Shown in pieces: positions 12,696 to 24,467 of a stretch of DNA of 35,552 nucleotides. The stretch spans positions 1-35,552 of the forward strand of contig RBNJ01000247.1 in NCBI GenBank assembly GCA_003990765.1. Direction: 5' to 3'. The translations under genes were made by a program, and so were the position numbers. The notes under the pieces were generated by a model, which ran no database searches, was not told where the DNA came from, and saw nothing but the letters and a program-made list of their open reading frames with translations. The DNA comes from Jimgerdemannia flammicorona. Its lineage: Eukaryota. Numbering within the stretch: the stretch's first letter is position 1; every line of letters begins with the position of its first letter.

Positions 12696-14002
12696 GCACA
12701 CAACCTCTAAGCTACTAAAATTATATATCACCCCCTGAACAAGCCACTGGAATCACATGTGACCTCTGAACAAATCTGGAAATCACCTGCAAAATCACAA
12801 AGCTGAGTCAAATCGAAGTCACAAGCATACAAAGCTGAGTCAATATAAAGTCACAGAATACAAGATTTATACAAATGAGATCTTACTAATCAGGACCAAA
12901 TATATATATACCAAGTATCAAGACACATCAAAACAGAGAATCAAAACAAACAATAACTACAAACTTCTGAATATATACAAACATAACTACTGAGATCTAC
13001 AACTATATCTGTACTGACATTTAGAATGCCATTGTCAACTGAGCCACACCCTCTCTGCCTCTCATGAATATCCATAGTCTAGTACCCCTCTACTTCATGG
13101 AAGCTTAATGGAATGCTCTGAACATGCTTAGCGAGATCCACCAAATTGGACAAATCTCAAGCTACTACCAGATTGGCCACCTCCAGAAGACATGGTCAAA
13201 TACTACTATAATACAAATATTACTCAGATATCTCAATACCAGAAACTCATTGCTCACAAACATCAAGAACTCTTCTATGAGTATAGCACTATTATTCTCT
13301 GTCTCTGAGTCATGACTACTGAAATGATTACTATCCTGTCCTATGGCCAAATAGATGATATGATACAAAAACTCAACTACAAATATCTTGAATATGTTCA
13401 GACCCAGACAGAACCTTTCTACACCCCAATGACTATATTCTGCAAATGTCTCAAGTCAGATATGCTATAAAGGATATCTATAATATAATTCAATTTGATG
13501 AAGATAAAGTAGAAGACAATAATCTCTCTGATGCTGACATGATCTCAAGCCAAGGATCCCTGCCAACTCTGATCATACTGTCAACCTTACCAATGAACTT
13601 ACAACAGTTCATAACCACCTACAAGACCTATTGGGATAATGACCACTGGCATGAATACCAATCTATGTTCACTCCTGATTACTTCAACTATAATGAAGAG
13701 ACTGGAGAACACAATCTATACCTACAGACAACTCTCAAGATCGAACCAACCACTCCACTATCTGAGTATGAGTGATATAAACCATAGCCACTAGCTTACT
13801 ACAACCCTGTGACTCATAGTACTATAACCTATAAAAGGTATACAGATAGCAAATCTGATAGAAGTGAAGATAATGTACCACTCCTTTGCCCACCAACTCC
13901 ATACCCAGTATATGAGACCAATAATACTATTCTGTGAGATGGTGATGAAGTTTCAATATATTATTACCTTAGCAAATAAGAAGAGTTAATCTGCAAACAA
14001 CT
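12691..14002 (+). repeat. E1 3' LTR (type A), left part
   Basis: Begins TGTAAG after the PPT and is interrupted by E2 at CAACT. Confidence 0.95.
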
Positions 14003-14761
14003 TGTAAGCGCACAACCTCCAAGCCATCAAAATCGCATGGCATTCTCAGAACTAATTTGGAAACCACATGCGAGACTACAAAACAAGAGATCATCTGGTT
14101 ATATGAAATATGCCAGCAAGCACAAGAACCCACTACCAAGATATAAGAATACTAGAAGAAGTACTATAACCATAAGACTGACTCTGAACTACTATAACTA
14201 GTTTGGTATACTGTACTATTACAAAAGGAAACCGAAAGTACCAAACTCAAATTGAGATAAGAAGAACCCTATCTCATCTACCAAAAGGTTCACAAACTGC
14301 ACTTATCAACTCAAGACCAAGATACACTGTGACTATATAAGACCTCATTACTTAGCAGAAGCAAAATGCATTTAAATGACTCTATTTGCTCTATCTGTAT
14401 CACCTCTATTGGAGAGTGACAGATGCTTCATCTGAACTCAAGAAAGCTGACAACATCAAAACCAATCTCAAGCCATCCACATGACAGATATTACTACTAG
14501 AAATTGCCTTGGATTATAGATAATATCATTTCTGAGAGGTTTAAACCCCCAGCCATGACATTGAGAGCCCTTGCCCTAGATGAGAATGGCCAGTCCTCGC
14601 AAATATGCTAGCAGACAAAAAAAAAAAGAGAACCAAGACCTATTATTCTTATACAACTACCACCACCAAGGACAGCCTTAATCTTGCAAGAGATAGAAGT
14701 GACGACACCTTTGAAACTAATGACATCAGAAGTCAGAAAACTGCTCAGACTTTGCCAGTGA
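14003..14761 (+). pseudogene. Candidate U3-encoded ORF-B (~250 codons), decayed
   Basis: One frame is kept in both E2 LTRs. It has 8 stops here; 4 are sense codons (CAA/CGA/CAG) in another copy and 4 are shared by all B copies. No clear start ATG. Confidence 0.45.
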
Positions 14762-15497
14762 TGATGTCATCAATGGTAATGTCATCGAAGGCTACCCAGA
14801 TAGTATCTAAACCTATAAATAGCTTAGCAGTCATAGTATAGTTAAATTAGCCTTGTACGATATGACTGTGAACCGACTCAGCAGTCAGATGATCTCTTGA
14901 TATATCAGATCACTCTTGTACTACGTGACTACATTCCAACTCAGCAAGACACTTAGTGCTACATCCATATTCAGTATAGTCTAGATAGCCCCTCACTAGT
15001 ATAAATACCCTCTCCCCCAGACCTCAGAATCTCAGACTTGAAAGACCTGAACAATTTGAACACAACTCCTGAGCACTTCCCCACAATATCCCTTCACACA
15101 ACTACTCCTAGTATAGCAATATCATAAATAGTGAATAAACCTATTTAATAACTCACAAACCACTCTTAAGTAAATCCACTCCCTGTTAGATCCCACTCCT
15201 AACCCTATCATGAAATTTCCTAATTGGGTATTATCTGCAGTGATACACCAATTTAACTAAGCTGGTCTTAGTTTCTTGAACTTCCTGAAATACGGAAAAT
15301 TCTGAACATCCAGAACTAGTCTGAAAAAGGACTTTGGTTGAGACATCAATCTGATCTTGAAATCAATAAGCATAAAGGACATACTCCATATGAAATTGAT
15401 CTTGACCATAAGAAAACAGTCTTCCAGAACATCCAGAACTTCCAGAAAACCCTTTCAGAACTACATAACAGTTATCCTAAAAAGCAACCCTCTTACA
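14003..15497 (+). repeat. E2 5' LTR, type B (1495 bp)
   Basis: TGTAAG...CTTACA termini. Shares the first ~30 bp and last ~735 bp with type A, but has a different U3 core. Confidence 0.95.
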
Positions 15498-16459
15498 ACT
15501 TAGTAGTAGCAGTTTACAATCCAATTCCACTTCAAGATACTTCTTCACCCTGCTACAAATCCCTCTGCAAATTTCTATAAGTTGGTATCGAGCCCAACCT
15601 CTGAACTGGAATTTATCCTGAACTATCTGTCAATCTGGAGAGAATTGAACCTGATGTACAAGGACAATTTGACCTCCACACCTACAACAAGTGGGACAAA
15701 CTTTACTCAAAAAAAGAAGTACTCTGACTAAACTAGCAAATAGACAAAACCCTATTCACTGAACTCCTTGCACAACACCCAGCAAGTCAAGATGAAGAAG
15801 GTCTTATTGAAGCCTTCTTTACTCTTCTCAATAAGAGTTTTGTCAGCTCCACAAATCCGAGTGACCTAGGACAATCAGCAGTAGTCTTTCTAGCCTTAGT
15901 TCCTCACAAAGCCCAAGTCTCTGTAGCCAAGTGGCTCAACTCTATTAATTTTCACCATACCAGGACTAAGACTGCATTATACTACTGATTCCAGAATAGC
16001 AAGGCCCACCATATTCTTAAAGAAGAAGTAAGAGAAACCCTTCATCAACTACCTGACCCTAAACCTAAAGCAGACCCTGCTATAGCCCTACCTGAATCTA
16101 AAACTAATACCGAACCTGAACTTGACTTTGAATTAAGTCCATCTGAAATCAGATATACAACTGATTCTGTCTACTTTGATACTGAGCAAACCCAATTACA
16201 CAGGGACCAAACTGAAGAGGAGGAGGAGTATCTCAGTGAATTCGATCCCGAATATACCACTGAAGGAGAAGTACCTCCATCAGGACAGAATACATCTACA
16301 CAGCAACAAACAGTTATCTATCAAGCCCTCACTCCAGACCCACAACTACTACTCCAGCAACTTACACAGACCCAAAGAACCCCATCACACTCTGCACTAG
16401 TACCTCAAGTAGTACCAGTAACACCACTATCAGCAGTCCAACTGCCTCTAGTAAACAAC

Positions 16460-16782
16460 ATGGTGAACCAACAGATTCTAGACCTCACAGCCCAAGTAGC
16501 TATAATGGTAGCAACTATTACTGCATTAGCCAAACAGATCCAACCTACCAAAAATCTGAGCCTACCTACCTTCAATGGTACTGCACAAGAAGTCTAAAGC
16601 TTCATTAGTGTAGTTGACACCAACTTCAAAGCCAATCAATAGACCAATAAGTAAGTTTCTGACTGTGTCCTGACAAACAATCAAGACCATACTCTGGAAC
16701 AACTCTTTACTACTACTATAGCCTATGTCTGCCAAGTTGTTACATTCTTCTGAGGACCTGCTGAAGAATGGTGGCAAACCCT

Positions 16783-16813
<31 letters not shown>

Positions 16814-19800
16814 TAGTCCCTTGGACTCCATCTTTATTACCAGTCTATGAATAATTTACAATACCACCACCCACTATCCAATCCCCATCGGGTGGCTCCA
16901 CCCCACCTTGTTCTATATAAAGACCACCCTCTCACCAATAACTCCAACTCTCCCACCACTCTGACCACAGATTTTCACCACCAAGCAGCGCCTCCAACCC
17001 CCCTGCAGTCCCCAACCCAGCCACTAGCCTGTCAAGGTATCCTCCATAAGGAACTGCCATCTTGCTAACCAGCTCCCCAAGCTTGGTCACTTCTCCTTCT
17101 CAAATACAAATAGCCAGTGGCCGGCTAGCCCAACCCAAATAGCCAATGCCCATCCTAGGGTAATCCACTCTTCCCCAACCCCTCCAATCAATCGATCCCT
17201 CAAGTCCTCCCACCTCCCCTGGACATCATCACCCCTACGCCTTACCCCCAAGTAGTCCCCAACAGCCTGCCAAAAGTCTCCCAACATCTCACACTCCCCT
17301 AGCCAATGTTCCAGTGTCTGTACCAATCCCCCTTCCTGCCCGACATTATGGCACTCCTCACATTCAAAGCAGCCCCCTACAACAAGGTATCCTGAGCAGA
17401 AGTTAAGCATCACATTCCTCCTCAGTACATGCCACCAGACTACCCAGTACTTTGGTGGCATCCAGTTTTTCACTGCGGCACTCTAGGTCCAAACCCCATG
17501 CTAGTCCCACTCCTCACCAATTCTAACTCCTTGCCAACCACTAGGCCACAGATCCTGGCCTGGACCCCATTGACATTCGATACTATCACTAATGTTGAAC
17601 TCCAGTAAAGGCATACCTCCCAGAAGAATGCTATCCCATCTCCACATTGCCAGGTCCCAAGCCCTCTCCCCCACATTCCCTTACCAGCAAATACCAATGC
17701 AGTGTGCCCCCTTGGCTATCCCCCACCAGAATTCTTTGTATCTCAGTTGCGCATTGTTCTGAAGCCCAACCAACGAAAGAAGATTACCAGTCAAGCCTCT
17801 AGACAATGTCTGCCTCTCCCATATCTTCTGTAGCAGGGGGACTCAGCCCCCTCCATGCAACTCCACCACCCTCCTTAGCCACCAAGCCCTCAAACAGTGT
17901 AGGCATTTGGGGAAGTCCACCAGCCCAAGACAACCTCTCGCCACTGGTAGTGACAAAGTCTCCCAACCAATCTGACTCCATCTGCCAGCCCAAATCCAAC
18001 CCTTGGCCACCTTCACTAATCTCTTCACTACCCAGGCTGGGAAGTCCAGATGATAGACCAAATACCACAGCTTCGGCAGCCAGTATACATTCAAAATTGA
18101 GATCCTTCCTGCCAGAGAGAAGTGTCGACCCCCCCAACCCCGCAGGTCCTCCTCCCAAATTCCGATTCTCTGCTCCCACCACAGCCTGGGCAAAACAGAC
18201 CCATAGACCGACAAATAGATACCCAAGTACCGCACTGCCTCTCCGGTGGGGACAATTGTTCCAATGACTTCTCTGCCCACCAATCTATTGCCCAGCACCA
18301 TTTTTTCGCACTTGTGCCAATTCAGCTTCGCCCCAGAGTTCTCCTCATACCACTCCACTACCTTCCGGAGCTCCTCGACATCTGCAGTCACTCCCAAACC
18401 AACCACCATGTCATCTGCAAAGACTCCAACCTTCCAGCCAATGCCATAGATAGAGAGCCCCATGATCTTCCACCAAATCCTGTCCATCAGAGGTTCCAAG
18501 GAAAGAGCATACAAAATGGGGGACAGTGGGTCCCTCTGGGGCACTCCCCTACCCAGAGAGAAGGTGGCGAACCCTTCCTGAAAAACCTCTCACATGGGAT
18601 ACCCAACCTGCAGTAGTTGCTCAGAATGTAGCAAACAATGCCCCAGGATATAGAGCCCATCCTGCAGCCCCTGGACTCAAACAACTCATGATTGCCCAAT
18701 ACCACAGTGAAACCATGATTGCTGAATCCCGAGTAAAACTCCACAACCTCAAATTCAATGTATATGGTAAAGAAGAATTCGAAACCTTCTGTACAAAACT
18801 TGAGTCACTCCTGAACACTGTTGGCCTAAGATATATTGCCAACAATGAAGCATGAAATGGTATAAGAGCAGACCATTTATTTGATGCCCTACCTGAATAG
18901 CTTACTAGAAAAATCTGAGAACAAGGCCACCCAGTTGGTTGTGATCACCAACAATGGTACCTGGCAAGAATCAAGACTATGGTCAAGCAAATCCTAATAG
19001 CTAGACCAATTCTGCCCCGAAGGCATTTCAATAACAAGGAAAGGACTTAGACTAAAAAAGAAGAACCCAAGCATGAAGTATCCTGAGCTCCCTCCACATC
19101 TACCTCTTGAATACCCAGAAATCATGAACCCACCCAACTGAGTACCTTCAAAAAACTCACTGAAGGTGAAAGGAATGAACTTTGAAGAAGTGGAGCATGC
19201 TTCTATTGCCGAAAGACAGGATACATGGCCAGTGCCTGCCCTAACTAAAAACCCCAAACAGCAACATGAGCAACTGTTACCACTCTGCACCACCTCAACA
19301 ACATGACTACCAGAACACTAGACTTTGTCAAGTTAAGATAAACTGCTAAGGCCCCAACCAAAGGAAGTCAAAAAGCAGCTGGATATGACCTGTATGCAGC
19401 TGAAGAAGCTACAGTTTCCAACTGAGAAGTCAAATAAGTCTACACAGGAATCAGCATCCAAATCCCTGAAGGACATATTGGAAGAATATGCTGTCACAGC
19501 AGCCTAGCATTGAAAGAACTCTCAGTAGAAGGAGGAGTTATCGACAAAGATTACATAGGTGAAATCATTATCCTTATTCAAAACCACAGTTGGACACCCT
19601 TCAAGATCTCTATAGGTTTCTGCATTGCCCAGATTCTATTCGAAAAAATCAAGTCAACCCTGACAGTCAAGGAAGTCCCTGAACTACTGCCCACCATCTG
19701 AGGATCCAAAGGATTTGGCTCATTGAACAAGGCCCCAGCCCAACCTACCATGAGCAAAGAAGAACAGTTCTACAAGAAGATCAAAGATGGATATGTACCA

Positions 19801-22800
19801 AGTGGCTGATGCCCTCATGGCATTGGAATGTACTCTTCCCGAATGATTGATGATTGCTTCTCTTGTGTCAATGAACTGGCTCAAAGAAGAACCAATAGAA
19901 GGAAAGGTCCTACAACCAAAATCACCACCATTGGATCAGACAAACTACTCACACTTAAGGCTTTTGTCAACCAAGCACCTGTTAAGATTATAATAGACAG
20001 TGGTGCCTCAGGCAACTTCATCAATAAAGAGACAGCCAACAGACTCAAGATCTTCACCTCTCCAGTATAGCAAACTCAAGCAGTTGCTATAGCTGATGAC
20101 ACCTCACATATTATTAGCAAAGAAGTCCGCAATCTACCCTTCCGAATTGGTGACTACTGAGTACATGTTACCCTCCAAATTGTATCACTTCCTGATAATG
20201 AAATCATCCTTGAGACTCCATGATTAAAATAAGAGAACCCCATGATCGATTGGATAAACCATTCTCTGACCATTAAGAAAGGATGCCACAACTTCAAACT
20301 ACAAGGCAAAAAGGACCCACTTAATTCTAGTAACCCTAGACCAAAGATCACCTACATCAACAAGCTACAACTTAAGAAATTGGCCAAGAAATGCCCTCTC
20401 TTTGCCATCTCCATCTGTCCATCCAAAGGAGAACCCAAGAACTCCGAAGAAGATTTTTCCAAAGTTGACAGCCATATCAGACCACTATTCCAGAAATTTT
20501 GAGACATATTTCCAAAGAAGCTCCCAAAAGGCCTACCTCCTAAACAAGTGGTAGACTATACCATCAAGACTATCTCAGATGCCAAACCAGCCTTTAAGTC
20601 AATCTACCACATGTCTCCAAGAGAAATTGATGCACTCAAGAAAGAAATTGACAAACTTCTAGAATAAGGATTCATTAGATCCAGCATATCACCTTATAGT
20701 ACACTAGTCTTATTTGTTGTCAAGAAAGGAGGATATCTGCGAATGTGCATTGACTACTATGATTTCAATGAACAGACCATTAAGAACTGTTACCCACTAC
20801 TAAGGATCGATGAAATATTCGATAGACTTACCAACCCATAATTCATGAGCTCCTTTGACCTGCAAAATGATTACTGGCAAATCGCCATGAAAGAAGACAT
20901 CTACAAGACAGCCTTCTGAACTTGCTATGGACACTTCGAGTTCCTGGTTATGTATGCCCTTTGGCTTAACTAATGCTCCTGCAATCTTCCAGACTCTGAT
21001 GAATACTATTCTGCACCCATATCTGGACAAATTTGTTATTGTCTATATTGATGACATCCTAGTCTTCAGCAAAATGCTGGAGGAATATCTTGAACACCTT
21101 GAACTAGTCCTACTGAAACTTCAAGAAAACTGACTCTTTGCAAAACTCAGCAAGTGCGAATTTCTCCTGAAAGAAATTCAATTTCTTGGACACATTGTCA
21201 CTCCAAATGGAATTAAAGTGGACCCCAGCAAAATCTCTACAATCAAAAATTGGCCCAGACCCAAGAAGCTGAAAGACCTCCAGTCATTTCTGGGATTAAT
21301 AAACTATTACAGGTGATTTGTTGCCAACTTTGCTAAAATTGCCACTGCTCTCACCTAAATAACTAAGCATAGTAAGAAAGAAGAATAGCCCTGGACCACA
21401 AAACAAGAGAAAGACTTCAACAATCTTGTAAATTGGGGACCTGAGCAAGATACCACCTTTCAAGCACTGAAAGATGTCCTGATAACCACTCTAGTACTTT
21501 AAGTGGCAAATTCTGCCCTACTATATGAAGTTACTACTGATGCCTCTGACCTAGCTCTTGGAGCAGTGCTCATGCAAGAAGGACACTCTGTGGCCTATTA
21601 CTCCCACAAGTTCAATGATGCTGAAATTAACTATGCAACCCATGAGAAGAAAATGCTAGCCATCATAGACACTCTGATCAAATGGCGACCATACCTAGAA
21701 GGAGCACACTTCACCATATTGACTGACCACAAATCATTAGTCAACATTAAGACACAGACTACCCTTTCTCGAAAGCAAGCCAGATGGATGAAAGTCCTCA
21801 CCAACTTTGACTATGAAATCCAGTATCGCTCTAGTAAGGAAAATATTATTGTCAATACAATCTCCAGACTGCCTATTGAAGAAGTTATCCAAACTCTCAC
21901 CTTGGTTACCAATACTATCATGGAGAAAATTATTACAACATGTGCTGATGATAAGGAAGCTCAAGTACTGTGAGAAATCCTGAATAGTGATGATGCTGAC
22001 AAGTATACACAGTATCACTAATACCAATTGAAGGACAACGCTATCTACTATAAAGACAGACTATATGTCCCAAACAACCAAGACCTCTGAAGGATTATCC
22101 TATTCGAATGTCATGATGCACCCACAGCTGGATATTTAGGATTCGACAAATGCTATAAAGTTATCTCCCAAAACTTCTATTGGCCCCACATGGCAGATCA
22201 GCTCAAAACCTACATCACTTCCTGTGATACCTATCAACAAAACAAGTCCTCAACACTAGCAAAACCTGGCTTACTTCACTCTATCCCAGTACCATCTGTA
22301 AATTGGGAACAAATCTCTATAGACTTCATTATACAACTACCCTGAACTAAGAACAGACAAGATGCAATTGTTATCTTTGTAGACTATCTCAGCAAACAAG
22401 CTCACTTTGTGCCAACTACCACTACCACAACAGTACCAGATATAGCCACACTATTATTTGACAACATCTTCTGCTATCATGGTCTTTCTAAGATCATTGT
22501 TAGTGACCAAGACCCGAAATTTATCAGCCATTTTTGGAAAGCCCTTCATGCACACCTTGGAACAAAACTTACACTATCTACAGTCTTTCACTCTGAAACT
22601 GATGGCCAAACCGAAAGAATGAACTGAACTCTGGAACAAATGCTAAGAAATTATGTTTCCTATAGACAAGATGATTGATATGAATACCTTACTGCAGTCG
22701 AGTTTGTCTATAATAATAGCAAGCAAGCCTCTCTTGGAATAACTCCATTCTTTGCCAATACTGGACAAAATCCAAACACTCCTCTGACACTTATCTGAAC

Positions 22801-22985
22801 TACCGATGAACTCTCCACAGTTGAAGCTGTTGAAGAATTCCTACTCCGAATATGTAATCTAAGTCAGATTGCAATTGAGAATTTATCGCGAGCTCAAGAA
22901 CAACAGTCACAGTATGTTAACCAATACCACCAAGAAGAAACTTTCAATATTGGAGAAAAAGTTCTACTAGATATCCGAGGATACC
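16460..22985 (+). pseudogene. E2 gag-pol, main part (interrupted by the LINE at 16787-18562 and by E3)
   Basis: CFYCRKTG(Y)MASAC knuckle at 19198-19239; dUTPase ~19320-19725; [27 protein letters not shown] (~21044); TDASDLALGAVL; integrase core. Confidence 0.95.
16787..18562 (-). mobile_element. 5'-truncated L1/Tx1-like LINE inserted in E2 gag
   Basis: Poly(A) tail (T run 16786-16812). 17-bp TSD GGTGGCAAACCCTTTCT (16770-16786) / GGTGGCGAACCCTTCCT (18563-18579). RT motifs PQRDPLSPILY, FADD, YLGI, GRISILN. C-terminal CEEC..EHWLGEC zinc finger. Confidence 0.95.
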
Positions 22986-24467
22986 TATAAGAGGGTTACT
23001 TTTTTAGGATAACCATTATGTAGTTCTGGAAGAGTTTTCTGGAAGTTCTGGATATTCTGGAAGACCATTTTCTTATAGTCAAGATCAATTTCATATAGAG
23101 TATGTCCTCTACACTTATTGATTTCAAGATCGGGTTAACGTCTCAACCAAAGTCCTTTTTCAGACTAGTTCTGGATATTCAGGAGTTTCTGTATTTCAGA
23201 AAGTTTAAGAAACTAAAACCAGCTTAGTTGAATCAGTGTATCGCTGCAGACAATACCCAATTAGGAAATTTCATAATGGGGTTAGGAGTGGGACCTAATG
23301 GGGAGCAGATTTACTTAAGAGTGGTTTGTGGGTTATTAAATAGATTTATTCACTATTCATGCTATTGCTATACTAGGAGTAGTTGTGTAAAGGGATATTA
23401 TAGAGAAGTATTCAGGAGTATTCTTGTATATTCGAGTCTGAGATTCTGAGGTCTGGGGGAGGGGGTATTTATACTAGTGAGGGGCTATCTGGACTATACT
23501 AGATATGGATATAGCACTAAGTGCCTTACTGAGTTGGAATGCAGTCACATAGTATAAGTGTGATCTGATATATCAAGAGATTGTCTGACTGATGAGTCAG
23601 TTCACAGTCACATCATATAAGGCTAATCTAACTATACTATAACTGCTAGGCTATTTATAGGTTTAGATACTATCTGAGTAGTCTTTGATGACATCACTAT
23701 TGATGACATCATCACTAGCAAAGTCTGAGCAGTTTTCTGACTTCTGATATTATTAGTTTCAAGGTGTCATCACTTCTATCTCTTACAAGATTAAGGCTGT
23801 CCTTAGTGGCAGTGGTTGTATAAGGATAATAGGTCTTGGTTCTCTTTTTTTTTAGTCTGCTGGTGTATTTGTGAGAACTGGTCATTCTTGTCTAGGTGAG
23901 GGCTCCCAATGTCGCAGCTGGAAGTTCAAACCTCTCAGAAATGATATTTTCTGTAATCCGAGGCAATTTCTAGTAGTAATATCTGTCATGTGGATAGCTT
24001 GAGATTGGTTTTGACAATATCGGCTTTCTTGAGTTCAGATAAAGTGTCCATCACTCTCCAATGGAGGTGATACAGATAGAGTGAATAGAGTTATTCAAAT
24101 GTGTTTTGCTTCTGCTAAGTAATGAGGTCTTGTATAGTCGCAGTATATCTTAGTCTTGAGTTGATAAGTATAGTTCATAAACCTTTTGATAGATGAGATA
24201 GGGTTCTTCTTGTCTCAATTTGAGTTTGGTACTTTTGGTTTCCTTTTGTAATAGTACAGTATACTAAACTAGTTATAGCAATTCAGAGTCAGTCTTATAG
24301 TTGTAATACTTCTTCTAGTATTCTTGTATCTTAGTGGTAGGTTCTCATGCTTGCTGGCATATTTCATGTAACCAGATGATCTCTTGTTTTGTAGTCTCAC
24401 ATGTGGTTTCCAAATTAGTTCTGAGGATGCTATGTGATTTTGGTGGCTTAGAGGTTGTGTGCTTACA
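22986..24467 (-). repeat. E3 3' LTR (type B)
   Basis: Reverse complement of the type-B LTR, with the PPT adjacent at 24468 onward. Confidence 0.95.

Noticed and set aside
17806..18616. Plus-strand ORFs over the second LINE
   Set aside because: Antisense to the clear RT frame 17843-18544.
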